Positions 43,108-52,277 of a stretch of 64,000 nt of DNA are shown here, in pieces. The notes below the pieces were generated by a model. The model saw only the letters and a program-made list of their open reading frames with translations, ran no database searches and was not told where the DNA came from. A program made the translations under genes and the position numbers. The stretch's first letter is position 1. Every line of letters begins with the position of its first letter. Origin of the DNA: Polyangium spumosum (GTDB taxonomy: Bacteria; Myxococcota_A; Polyangia; Polyangiales; Polyangiaceae); contig NZ_WJIE01000009.1 of NCBI RefSeq assembly GCF_009649845.1, positions 224,685-288,684 of the forward strand, read 5' to 3'.

Positions 43108-45511
43108 GGGTGCCTCCGTGGGTCATCCGAGCGCGCTCGGAGTGGGCGAACATCTCCTCGACGAGCGCGGGCGCGTCGAGCACGAGCGCGATGCGTTGAT
43201 CCGCGAGCTGCGTCGCGCCCGCGAAGCCGGCGATGTTCTTCAGCGAGGGGCCGAAGCCCTTGATCACGACGTCCTGCTGCCCGACGAGGGAGTCGACGAC
43301 GAGGCCGAGCCTCCGGGTGCCGACGGCCGTGACGACCACGAACTTGCGCTTGGACCGCGGCGCGAGCGCGTTCTTCATGGCGTTGCTCACCGTCGACGTC
43401 TGCGCGGGCCGGTAGGGGAAGGCCGGCGAGTAGCCCTGCTGCCGCAGAGGCTCGCCGCGGAGCGACGAGCGCGCCCCCGGCGCGATCTGGCTGAGCTGCG
43501 GGGCGTCGAGGCCGAAGCCGTCGGTGCCGCTCACCTCGCTCGTGTCGGCGAGCCCGAAGAGCCGCGCGAGGTAGCAGAGCTGGAGCGTGTTGCCGCGCAG
43601 CGTGACGGCGTCGCGCCCGTCGATCACGCGCACCGCGGAGAGGTCGAGCCACACGGCCTCCTGCACGTTGGCGAGCGGGATCGCGAACTGCTGATCGCTG
43701 ACCTTCACGATGAGCGCCTTCAGGATCGCGAGCGTGATCGGCAGCGTCACCGTGAACTTGGTGCCGATGCTGATCTCGCTCTGCACGTCGATGACGCCGC
43801 CGAGCTTCGAGATGTTCGTCTTCACGACGTCCATGCCGACGCCGCGCCCGCTGATCTCGCTCACCGACGTCTTCGTGGACAGGCCGGGCACGAAGATGAG
43901 GTTCAACACCTCGCGGCGGCTCATCGTCCGCGCGTCCTCCGGCCCCACGAGGCCCATCCGGATCGCCTTCTCGAGCAGGCGCTCCATCTCGATGCCCTTG
44001 CCGTCGTCCTCGATCTCGATGACGACGTGGTTGCCCTTCTGGAAGGCGTTCAGCGCGATCGTCCCGATCGCGGGCTTGCCCATGGCCTCGCGCGCGTCGC
44101 GATCCTCGATGCCGTGATCGATCGCGTTGCGCATCATGTGCATGAGCGGATCGCTGAGCTCCTCGACGATGAGCTTGTCGACGTTGGTCTCCGCGCCCGT
44201 GATGACGAGGTTCACCTGCTTGCCCGCCTGGCGGCTGATCTGGCGCGCGACGCGGGCGAGCTTGTCGAAGACCTGCCCGAGCGGCACCATGCGCACCTCG
44301 AGGATGCCGTCGCGCAGGCGCTTGACGTTGTGCCCGAAGTCGCGCTGGAGCCTCCGGAGGTTGTTCTTCACCTCGTGGTTCGCCTGCGCGTCGCGCATCT
44401 TCTCGAGCAGCCGATCGAGCTCCGTCCGCACGATCGACAGCTCGCCGACGTAGTTCATCAGGACGTCGAGCTTCTGGATGTCGACGCGCACCGTCTGCGC
44501 GACGCTCTTGATCGTGCCGAGCTCCTGCGCCTTCGGCGGGATGCTCGCGCTCGTGTCGAGGTGCGGCGCGGGGAAGGGGTGCGGCGCCGTCATGTCGAGC
44601 GGCGCGCTGCCCATCGGCGGCATCGGGCTCGGGGGCTCGCTCGGCGCGACCGGCGGCGGCGAGGGCGTGGGCGTGGGGATGTTCGTGTGCGAGAACGTCG
44701 ACGCCGACGAGGCCGAGGCCGTCGACGAGGTGGGCGGGGGCGGGGGCATGGCCGCATGCGAGGGCCCTCCGCCCTGCCGCGGCAGCTCCTCGACCTCCAC
44801 GCCGAGGTGGTTGAGCGCGTTTCGCAGCGTCGTCGAAGGCGCGCGCGAGCCCATCAGGATCTCGAGCGTGATCGAGTCGATGTCGTCGGTGTCGCTCGCG
44901 GGCAGGTACGTGATGATGTCGCCGTGCGGCTTCGCGGTCGCCTTGAGCTCGTCGAGCCCTTGATCGATCGTCGCGAGCTGGAACCGCACGCGCAGCCGGT
45001 AGAGCGTGTTGCCCTGCGCGATGTTCGTCTTGAGCTTGTGCTCCTCGAACTCCGTGAGCACCGCGAGCAGGTTCGGGTCGATGATGGGCCCGCCGCCGCC
45101 GCCGCCCGCGCCTGCGCCCGCGCCTCGATCGAGCTGCGCGAGCAGCTTGTCGAGCTCGGGGATCGGCTGATCGCGGCTCTCCTTCTCGGCCTGGAGCAGC
45201 TTGCCGTAGAGCTGCACCGAGGCGAAGAGCAGGTCGAGCACGGGGGCCGTGACGTCGACCTTGCCGAGGCGCAGATCGTCGAGCAGCTCCTCGAGCTTGT
45301 GCGAGAGGCTCGACATCCGCGTCGCGCCGAAGAGGCCCGCCAGGCCCTTCAGCGTGTGCACCGCGCGGAAGACGTCGTTGATGAGGTCCGGGTCGACGTG
45401 GCCGGATTTCTGGGCCTCGTCGAGCGCGAGCAGATCTCGCCCGAGCCCCTCGACGATCTCCTGCGCCTCGGAGAAGAACTCCTCGCGCGCGCGTTCGCTC
45501 TCGCTCGTCAA
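43097..45511 (-). CDS. cheA: chemotaxis histidine kinase CheA
   Basis: HPt: FRAVHTLKGLAGLFG. Ala/Pro/Ser-rich linker. Dimerisation and HATPase regions (DHGIEDRD, GRGVGMDVV). C-terminal CheW-like domain. The ATG overlaps the cheY stop (ATGA). Confidence 0.9.
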   Translation of the reverse strand: MTSESERAREEFFSEAQEIVEGLGRDLLALDEAQKSGHVDPDLINDVFRAVHTLKGLAGLFGATRMSSLSHKLEELLDDLRLGKVDVTAPVLDLLFASVQLYGKLLQAEKESRDQPIPELDKLLAQLDRGAGAGAGGGGGGPIIDPNLLAVLTEFEEHKLKTNIAQGNTLYRLRVRFQLATIDQGLDELKATAKPHGDIITYLPASDTDDIDSITLEILMGSRAPSTTLRNALNHLGVEVEELPRQGGGPSHAAMPPPPPTSSTASASSASTFSHTNIPTPTPSPPPVAPSEPPSPMPPMGSAPLDMTAPHPFPAPHLDTSASIPPKAQELGTIKSVAQTVRVDIQKLDVLMNYVGELSIVRTELDRLLEKMRDAQANHEVKNNLRRLQRDFGHNVKRLRDGILEVRMVPLGQVFDKLARVARQISRQAGKQVNLVITGAETNVDKLIVEELSDPLMHMMRNAIDHGIEDRDAREAMGKPAIGTIALNAFQKGNHVVIEIEDDGKGIEMERLLEKAIRMGLVGPEDARTMSRREVLNLIFVPGLSTKTSVSEISGRGVGMDVVKTNISKLGGVIDVQSEISIGTKFTVTLPITLAILKALIVKVSDQQFAIPLANVQEAVWLDLSAVRVIDGRDAVTLRGNTLQLCYLARLFGLADTSEVSGTDGFGLDAPQLSQIAPGARSSLRGEPLRQQGYSPAFPYRPAQTSTVSNAMKNALAPRSKRKFVVVTAVGTRRLGLVVDSLVGQQDVVIKGFGPSLKNIAGFAGATQLADQRIALVLDAPALVEEMFAHSERARMTHGGTHGF

Positions 45512-45954
45512 CGCGACCCCTCGCTGGTCTCGGCCGGGGGAAGGGAGCTGCGCGCTTGCAGGATCGTCGTGATGGCGCGCTGCAGCGCCTCCACCGTGAA
45601 GGGCTTCGCGAGGAACGCGTCGGCGCCGAGCGCGAGGCCGCGCGCCCGATCCTTCTCGGAGGACTGCGTCGAGATGATGATCGTGGCGACCTTGCGGTGA
45701 CGCTCGCTGTCGCGCATGAACCGCAGGAGCTCGAGCCCGTTGATGTCCGGCATGTTGATGTCGGTGATCACGAGGTCGTAGTGCCCGCGCGGCAGGAGGC
45801 GCAACGCGTCGAACCCGCTGGCAGCCTCGACGACCTCCACCTCGCCTTGCGCGTCGTCCGGGCTCGTCGCGAAGAGCCCCGGCGTTTCCTCGAGCGCCGC
45901 GCGGATGAACGCCCGGAACGCAGAGGAGTCCTCGACGACCAGGATACGAGCCAT
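45508..45954 (-). CDS. cheY: CheY-like single-domain response regulator
   Basis: MARILVVEDSSAFRAFI...DLVITDINMPDINGLELL...LAKPF contains the receiver D-D-D-T-K residues. It is the first gene of the che operon. Confidence 0.85.
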   Translation of the reverse strand: MARILVVEDSSAFRAFIRAALEETPGLFATSPDDAQGEVEVVEAASGFDALRLLPRGHYDLVITDINMPDINGLELLRFMRDSERHRKVATIIISTQSSEKDRARGLALGADAFLAKPFTVEALQRAITTILQARSSLPPAETSEGSR

Positions 45955-46281
45955 GTCGGGAGGTTAGCGGAAACGCCTCTCGATCAGGAGGTTTTTGGGC
46001 GACCTCCCCGGCCCCGGGGGGCCGCTGCCGTGTCGTGAAGGGGCAGGCGCCGATTTCTTGCCCGTATTTGCGCCTTCGCCGGGGGGCCGCGCGGGGGAAA
46101 CAGGCCTTTCACGCGCCCCGTGGGCCGGTGTGGCGCTCGTGGTCACGGCGACGCCCATGCGGCCGCGAATTGACAGGCCCGCCGTGGTCCTGCCCTAATG
46201 CGTTCCGTGAACGACAGAAACAAGGCCGCGCTCGGCGCGGGTATCTCTTCCCATGCCCGGCCCAAGTGTGGGCTCCGCCTG

Positions 46282-47301
46282 ATGCTCTTCTCGCTGCTCG
46301 CGCTCATGCTCGTCGCGTGCGGGGGCGGCTTGAACGTCCGGCTGATCAACTCCGCGCAGAAGAAGCCCAACAACGTCTGGGTCTTCTTCACGGTCGACGC
46401 GGGCAAGGACAAGCCCGTCGGCGGCCTCGTCGCCGAGGACTTCAAGATCTACGAGGACGGCGAGCTCGTCTCGGCCTTCGAGAGCAAGCAGACCATCCAG
46501 AACCCGGAGGTCGCGGCCGTCATGTACACGATGTTGCTCGTGGACATGAGCGGCTCGGTCACCGAGTCCGGGCAGGCGGACGCGCTCGTCGACGCGGCCA
46601 AGGCCTTCGCGGATCGTGTCGGCAAGACGCAGAAGGTCGGCGTGTACGGCTTCGACGGCTCCGAGAAGATCTTCTCGGTCGTGCCCTTCACCGAGGCGGC
46701 AGGATCGGTCGAGGGGGGCCTCGAGGGGCTGCGCAGCTACAAGCCGAAGGACCCGTCGACGAACCTGCACGGCGCCGTCGTCGAGGGCCTCGCGACGCTC
46801 AAGAAGGAGCTCGACAAGGACAAGCGCCCGCTCAAGTTCGGCTCCCTCGTCGTCTTCTCGGACGGCACGGATCGCGCCGCGCGCGTGACCCGCGACGAGA
46901 TGAAGGACGCGATGGACAAGGAGGAGTACGAGAACTACGAGATCTACGCGATCGGCGTCGGCGCCGAGATCGGCAAGGCGAAGCTCGACGAGATCGGGCG
47001 CGACGGGACCGAGCTCGCGACGGATCAGGCGAAGGTCAAGGAGGCCTTCGACAGGATGGCCGCGCGCATCGAGTCGCACATGAAGCGCTTTTATCTGCTC
47101 TCGTACTGCACGCCGGCCCGCAAGGGTGAGCACGAGGTCACCATCGAGGCCATCAGCAAGAAGGACCCCGAGGGCTCGGGCTCCGTCGAGTACAAGTTCA
47201 ACGCCGACGGCTTCGGGCCTCCGCCGGACTGCAACCCCAACGCGCCGCCGGCCTTCGAGCTGAAGGAGCCGGCGCCGAAGCCCGCCGAGGCCGCCAAGTA
47301 A
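46282..47301 (+). CDS. von Willebrand factor type A (VWA) domain lipoprotein
   Basis: Lipobox LMLVACGG. MIDAS motif LLVDMSGSV. VWA fold elements (VGVYGFDGSE, VVFSDGTD). ATG at 46282 is preferred over 46198. Confidence 0.75.
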   Translation: MLFSLLALMLVACGGGLNVRLINSAQKKPNNVWVFFTVDAGKDKPVGGLVAEDFKIYEDGELVSAFESKQTIQNPEVAAVMYTMLLVDMSGSVTESGQADALVDAAKAFADRVGKTQKVGVYGFDGSEKIFSVVPFTEAAGSVEGGLEGLRSYKPKDPSTNLHGAVVEGLATLKKELDKDKRPLKFGSLVVFSDGTDRAARVTRDEMKDAMDKEEYENYEIYAIGVGAEIGKAKLDEIGRDGTELATDQAKVKEAFDRMAARIESHMKRFYLLSYCTPARKGEHEVTIEAISKKDPEGSGSVEYKFNADGFGPPPDCNPNAPPAFELKEPAPKPAEAAK

Positions 47302-47327
47302 CACGCAAACGGTTCGTCGACACGAAA

Positions 47328-47368
47328 GGCCCGCGCGCATCCTGTATGCTCGCGGGCCTCGGCTTTTT
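47328..47368 (+). terminator. rho-independent terminator after VWA lipoprotein gene
   Basis: Perfect 8-bp GC stem: GGCCCGCG 47328-47335 pairs with CGCGGGCC 47351-47358, with a 15-nt loop. It is followed by TCGGCTTTTTCG. Confidence 0.7.
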
Positions 47369-47383
47369 CGAGGGGAACCACGC

Positions 47384-47776
47384 ATGGCGGTTTCGAAGGT
47401 GCTGCTGGTGGACGACGAGCCGCATATCCGGCGGATCGGAGAGCTCAGCCTGAAGGGCGTCGGCAAGTGGAAGGTCGTGCTCGCGTCCTCGGGGCACGAA
47501 GCGCTCGAGGCCGCGGCGCGCGAAGCGCCGGACGTGATCCTGCTCGACGTGATGATGCCGGGCATGGACGGGCAGGAGACACTCGTCGAGCTCCGCACGC
47601 GCGAGGAAACAGCCGCGATCCCGGTCATCTTCATGACCGCGAAGGTGCAGAAGCACGAGGTCGACAGGTACCGCGAGCTCGGCGCCGCGGGCGTCATCCC
47701 GAAGCCCTTCGACCCGATGTCGCTGCCCGGACAGGTCCTCGACATCCTCGCCTCGTACGTGGGCGCACGCTCTTGA
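47384..47776 (+). CDS. single-domain response regulator (receiver only)
   Basis: VLLVDDEPHIRRI...DVILLDVMMPGMDGQETL...IFMTAK...IPKPF. No output domain. Confidence 0.85.
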   Translation: MAVSKVLLVDDEPHIRRIGELSLKGVGKWKVVLASSGHEALEAAAREAPDVILLDVMMPGMDGQETLVELRTREETAAIPVIFMTAKVQKHEVDRYRELGAAGVIPKPFDPMSLPGQVLDILASYVGARS

Positions 47777-47813
47777 TCGTGGCTCGCCACGTGCAAGGGA
47801 GAGGGGCGGAGAT

Positions 47814-49124
47814 TTGATGAAAGCAGCCCCTCCCCCGAGCGACGAGATCGAGCGCCTCGTGGCGCTCAGCGAAGCGGCGATCCTCGACACGCCCCCCGAG
47901 CCTGCCTTCGATGATCTCACGCGCCTCGCGGCCGCGATCTGCCGCACGCCGATCGCGCTGGTCTCGCTCGTCGATCGCGAGCGCCAGTGGTTCAAGTCGA
48001 AGGTCGGGCTCGACGCGAGCGAGACGCCGCGCGAGGTGGCCTTCTGCGCGCACGCGATCCTCGGCGAGCAGCTCTTCCTCGTCCCCGACGCGCACGAGGA
48101 CGCGAGATTTGCAGACAACCCGCTCGTGACCGGCGGGCCTCACGTGCGCTTCTACGCGGGCGCGCCGCTCGCGACCGCGGACGGTCACAACGTCGGCACC
48201 CTCTGCGTCATCGACCACGGGCCGCGGCAGCTCGACGACGCGCAGCGGGCCGCGCTCACGGCCCTCGCGCGCCAGGTGGCCGCGCAGATCGACCTCCGCC
48301 GCGCGAACGGGCGGCTCGCGAAGCTCAACGGCGAGCTCGTGGCGCGGGCGCGCGAGGCGCAGGCGCTGGCCGAGGAGCGCAAGGCCGTCGAGCGGGTCAA
48401 GGACGAGTTCGTCTCGACCGTCTCGCACGAGCTCCGGACGCCGCTCACCTCGATCCGCGGCGCGCTCGGCCTGCTCGAAGGCGGCGTGCTCGGCCCCCTG
48501 CCCGACGGGGCGATGGAGCTCGTCCAGATCGCCCGCACGAACACCGACCGGCTCGTGCGGCTCGTGAACGACATCCTCGATCTCGAGAAGATCGTGGCGG
48601 GCAAGCTCGAGCTTCACCCGAAGCGCGTCGACGTGCGGCGGCTCGTCTCGGGCCTCGTCGACAGCCTCGGCCCCGTGGCCTCGGAGGCCAGGGTCGAGCT
48701 CTTCGTGGACGTGCGGGGCGAGATCGAGGTCGTGGTGGATGAGGACCGCATCGCTCAGGTGCTCACGAACCTGATGTCGAATGCCCTCAAGTTCTCGCCC
48801 CCCGAGGCGCGGGTCGAGCTCGGCGTGGAGGCGAAGGCCGACGGGCGCGTGTGCTTCGCGGTCCGGGACCGCGGCCCCGGGATCGCGGAGGCGGACCTCG
48901 GGCGGCTCTTCAAAAGGTTCGAACAGCTCGAGGGCGAGGGCCGGCGCGAGCAGCGCGGCACGGGCCTCGGGCTCGCGATCTCGAAGGCGATCGTGGAGCA
49001 ACACGGCGGGGCGATCGGCGTCGCCTCGAAGCTCGGGCAAGGCAGCACGTTCTGGTTCGAGTTGCCCTCGCCAAATGGAGAGGCGCGTCGAAATCCCGGG
49101 GCCCCTGCCGTCGGTTTCGCTTAA
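47814..49124 (+). CDS. GAF sensor histidine kinase
   Basis: N-terminal GAF (ICRTPIALVSLVDRERQWFKSKVGLD...FYAGAPL). HisKA: FVSTVSHELRTPLTSIRGALGLL. HATPase: GTGLGLAISKAIVEQHGGAIGV. Confidence 0.85.
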   Translation: MMKAAPPPSDEIERLVALSEAAILDTPPEPAFDDLTRLAAAICRTPIALVSLVDRERQWFKSKVGLDASETPREVAFCAHAILGEQLFLVPDAHEDARFADNPLVTGGPHVRFYAGAPLATADGHNVGTLCVIDHGPRQLDDAQRAALTALARQVAAQIDLRRANGRLAKLNGELVARAREAQALAEERKAVERVKDEFVSTVSHELRTPLTSIRGALGLLEGGVLGPLPDGAMELVQIARTNTDRLVRLVNDILDLEKIVAGKLELHPKRVDVRRLVSGLVDSLGPVASEARVELFVDVRGEIEVVVDEDRIAQVLTNLMSNALKFSPPEARVELGVEAKADGRVCFAVRDRGPGIAEADLGRLFKRFEQLEGEGRREQRGTGLGLAISKAIVEQHGGAIGVASKLGQGSTFWFELPSPNGEARRNPGAPAVGFA

Positions 49125-49139
49125 AATCGAGAGGTTTCA

Positions 49140-49492
49140 TGGCGCAGACGAAGGACGACGAGATCCGAGCGGCGCTCCTGGAGTTACGCAAGGAGTACCT
49201 CGCGGAGCTGCCGGAGCTCTTGCGAGAGCTCGCCGAGATCGTGGCCGCAGCAAAAGAGGGGTCCAGGCAGGACGCGATGCGCGCCGCCGTGTCGAGGGCG
49301 CACGCGCTGCGCGGGACCGCGGGTTCGTACCGCTTCCAGGAGATCAGCGACGCCGCGGGCCTCGTCGAGGACGGGCTGCTCGGCATCCAGGGCGGCTGGC
49401 TCTCGGCGGAGCAAGCGTGGCCCGAGATCGAGCGCGCGCTCGCGGCGGCGCGGGCGGCGTGTGATCGAGCGGTCGTCGATCTTCTCTCGTGA
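49140..49492 (+). CDS. histidine phosphotransfer (HPt) domain protein
   Basis: The 117-aa helical protein has RAHALRGTAGSYRF, matching the HPt HxxKG consensus around the phospho-His. ATG at 49140 lies 16 nt after the HK stop. Confidence 0.65.
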
Positions 49493-49495
49493 CGC

Positions 49496-50893
49496 TCAAG
49501 CCCAGCCGGCGCGCTCGACGATGCCCTCGATCGTGTCGACGAGGCGCCGCAGATCGATCGGCTTGGCCACGAACTCGCGCACGCCGAGGACGGCGAACTT
49601 CCAGCGCTCCTGCGGGCCGACGCGGCCGCTGAGGACGACGACGCGGGCGTGATCGCCGCGCGGCAGGGCGCGCAGGTGCGAGAGCGTGTCCACGCCGTCG
49701 AGGTCGGGCATGTCGAGGTCGAGCAGGACGAGATCGGGGGGCTCTTCGCGCGCGGCCTCGAGCGCGGCCTGGCCCGAGCGCGCGACGCGGATCCGCATCG
49801 ATCGGCCCTTCATGGCGAGCTCGGCGGCCTTGGCGGCGAACTTGCCGAACGCGGGGTCGTCGTCGACCGTGAGCACGCGGATCGATCGCGTGGCGCTCTC
49901 GGCGGGTTGCCTGACGCTCGCGGGCGGCGGCGCGCTCGGCGACGCCTGGGCCTTGGGTGAGCCGGCGAGGACGAGGTCCCGCGCGAAGGCGCCGCAGCTC
50001 GTGTATCGATCGGCGGGGTTTTTCGCGAGGGCGCGCGAGAGCACGGCGTCGAAGGGCGCGAGCTCGGGGCGCACCGACGAGGCGAGGGGCACGGGCGCGC
50101 TGAAGTGCGCGTGCAGCAGCCGCACGAGGTCACGCTGGAGGTACGGCGTGCGCCCGGTGAGCAGCTCGAACGCGACACATCCGAGCGCGTAGACGTCGCT
50201 CCACGGGCCCACGGGTATCCCCTCGCCGGCGAGCCCTGCTTGCTCCGGCGCCATGTAGACCGGCGTGCCCTCGATCGTCTCGGGCCTCGACGCGGAGTGC
50301 TGCTGCGCGAGGCCGAAGTCGATGAGCACGGGCCTGCCGGTGTCCTCCTCGATGACGATGTTGCCCGGCTTGACGTCGCGATGGACGATGCCCCGGCCGT
50401 GCGCGGCGTCGAGGCCGTCGGCGATGCGCCCGAGGATGGTGATCGCGCGGTGCTGGGGCAAGGCGCTCTGGCGCTGCCGGTACTCGTCGAGGATCGCCTC
50501 GAGCGAGCGGCCCTCGACGTACTCCATGGCGAAGAAGTACGAGGAGCCGTGTCGGCCGAACGCGTAGACCTGCACGACGTGTTGATCACGCAGCGTCGCG
50601 AGCGCCTTCGCTTCCTGCTGGAGCCGCTGCTCGGCGAGCGCGTCGTCCCACGTCGGGGCGATGAGCTTCAGGGCGACCGTGCGATCGAGCCAGGTGTCGC
50701 GCGCGCGGTAGACGACCCCCATGCCGCCGCGCCCGAGCTCCTTTTCGACGCGATAGGTCCCGGCCACGATCATGCCCGGCTCGGGCGTGATCGAGGGGCG
50801 CGCGGGGGGATCGATCACGTTGCCGGATTCGTCGATCGACGAGGTGTCGCTCAAGGCTTCGCCGGATCTGTCAGGCGACGAAGGTGTGCTCAT
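49496..50893 (-). CDS. Ser/Thr protein kinase fused to C-terminal receiver (REC) domain
   Basis: Kinase motifs: GRGGMGVVYRA, VALKLI, HRDVKPGNIVI, DFGLAQ, GTPVYMAPE. C-terminal REC: IRVLTVDDDP...DLVLLDLDMPDLDGVDTL...FVAKP. ATG at 50893 is preferred over the ORF-track start at 51010. The 3' end is 3 nt from the HPt stop (convergent). Confidence 0.85.
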   Translation of the reverse strand: MSTPSSPDRSGEALSDTSSIDESGNVIDPPARPSITPEPGMIVAGTYRVEKELGRGGMGVVYRARDTWLDRTVALKLIAPTWDDALAEQRLQQEAKALATLRDQHVVQVYAFGRHGSSYFFAMEYVEGRSLEAILDEYRQRQSALPQHRAITILGRIADGLDAAHGRGIVHRDVKPGNIVIEEDTGRPVLIDFGLAQQHSASRPETIEGTPVYMAPEQAGLAGEGIPVGPWSDVYALGCVAFELLTGRTPYLQRDLVRLLHAHFSAPVPLASSVRPELAPFDAVLSRALAKNPADRYTSCGAFARDLVLAGSPKAQASPSAPPPASVRQPAESATRSIRVLTVDDDPAFGKFAAKAAELAMKGRSMRIRVARSGQAALEAAREEPPDLVLLDLDMPDLDGVDTLSHLRALPRGDHARVVVLSGRVGPQERWKFAVLGVREFVAKPIDLRRLVDTIEGIVERAGWA

Positions 50894-50939
50894 GATCGCT
50901 TGCCTGCGGAGGCCGAGAAGTGCCGGTCCATTTTCATTT

Positions 50940-52199
50940 TTAGGTCGGTAGCTTCGGCGTCGCGAGGGAAAACGTTCGTTCGGCGCGTCGCGCGCCTGCG
51001 AGCTGACCACAGGCGCCGCCGACGTCGCGGCCGCGGGGCCTGCGGACGAGCGTCGTCACGCCGTGCGACGAGAGCCGCGCGACGAAGGCGTCGAGCCGCT
51101 CCTGCGTGGGCGGGCGCAGCGAGGGATCGGGCCCGGGGTTGCACGGGATCACGTTCACGCGGCAGCGGATCGGGCGGACGTAGGCCGCGAGCAGGTCGGC
51201 GTCCTCGGGCGCGTCGTTCCAGCGGTCGAAGAGCACGTACTCGAAGAGCACACGGCGGCCGGGCGGGAGCGCGCCTACGATCGCGTCGCGCAGCGCCGCG
51301 AGCGGGAAACGCGTGTTGATGGGCATGATCGTTCGGCGCCGCTCGTCGTCCGGCGCGTTGAGGCTCACGGCGAGCTCGGCGCGCGTGCCGGCGAAAAACG
51401 CGGGCAGCTTGTCGGCGACGCCCACGGTGCTCACGGTGACGCGTGAGGGCGCGAAGCCGAAGGCGCGATCGTCGGTGAGCAGGCGGAGCGCGCGCAGCAC
51501 CTCGGGCAGGTTGTCGAAGGGCTCGCCCATGCCCATGAAGACGAGGTTCGAGAGGGGCGGCGCGCCGCCGGCCTCGTGAAAGATCGCGCGGGCGAGGCGG
51601 ACCTGGTCGATGATCTCGCCCGCGGCGAGCTGGCGCTCGAGCCCGAGCCGGCCCGTCTCGCAGAACGCGCAGGCGCGCGCGCAGCCGACCTGGCTCGAGA
51701 TGCAGAGCGTGGTGCGGCCGGGGCCGGGGATGAGGACGGACTCGACGAGGGCGCCGTCGGCCCGCGCGCGAAATAGCAGCCGGATCGTGCCGTCCTCCGC
51801 GGGCGCGCGCTCGTGCAGCGTGAGGGCCGGCGCGGGATCGAGGGCGTCGAGCGCCTCGTGGGCCCAGGCGCCGATGCCGAGGTCGGCGAAGGTCGAGCGG
51901 CCCCAGGGGATCTCTGCGGCGTCGTCGCGGGAGAAGGCGTGCCGCACGATCCGGGCGGCGGCCGAGCGAGCGGCCGAAGGTGATCCGCCGCGCGCGACCA
52001 GGCGCTCGGTGAGTGAACCTGCGTCGTGCGAGGCGAGCAGCGTGTCGCCGCGGGCGGCGCGCGAGACGAGCGGGATCCCCCCGCGCTTGTCGAGAACGTC
52101 CACGGCCGTTCTGTTACTACGGCGAGGGCCGGCGCGGCAGCCCGCGTGTCCCAGCCGGATCGACCAGGCTGCCCGAGCCTCCCTCCGCAGCTTATCCAC
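50940..52199 (-). CDS. rlmN: 23S rRNA/tRNA adenine C2-methyltransferase RlmN (radical SAM)
   Basis: CISSQVGCARACAFCETG (CxxxCxxC radical-SAM cluster), GMGEP, NVIPCNP and the C-terminal ACGQLAG are RlmN/Cfr signatures. The real start is probably internal (N-terminus Arg-rich). Confidence 0.85.
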   Translation of the reverse strand: MDKLRREARAAWSIRLGHAGCRAGPRRSNRTAVDVLDKRGGIPLVSRAARGDTLLASHDAGSLTERLVARGGSPSAARSAAARIVRHAFSRDDAAEIPWGRSTFADLGIGAWAHEALDALDPAPALTLHERAPAEDGTIRLLFRARADGALVESVLIPGPGRTTLCISSQVGCARACAFCETGRLGLERQLAAGEIIDQVRLARAIFHEAGGAPPLSNLVFMGMGEPFDNLPEVLRALRLLTDDRAFGFAPSRVTVSTVGVADKLPAFFAGTRAELAVSLNAPDDERRRTIMPINTRFPLAALRDAIVGALPPGRRVLFEYVLFDRWNDAPEDADLLAAYVRPIRCRVNVIPCNPGPDPSLRPPTQERLDAFVARLSSHGVTTLVRRPRGRDVGGACGQLAGARRAERTFSLATPKLPT

Positions 52200-52277
52200 A
52201 GGCCTGTGGAGAACCTGTGGCGCGGCGGCGGACCGAGTTCTTCCGGCCGCGCGTGTCGTTAAGGTAGAGTTCGCCCG

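Noticed and set aside
39864-45700. Plus-strand ORFs 39864..41894, 40483..41817, 41911..43263 and 43013..45700 antisense to the HEAT/cheW/cheA genes
   Set aside because: Arg/Gly/Asp/Glu-rich with no motifs. The che genes on the opposite strand are unambiguous.
46035-47129. 364-aa plus ORF in alternate frame of the VWA lipoprotein gene
   Set aside because: Arg/Gly-rich (RRRGLQDLRGRRAR...). The 46282 frame has lipobox plus MIDAS.
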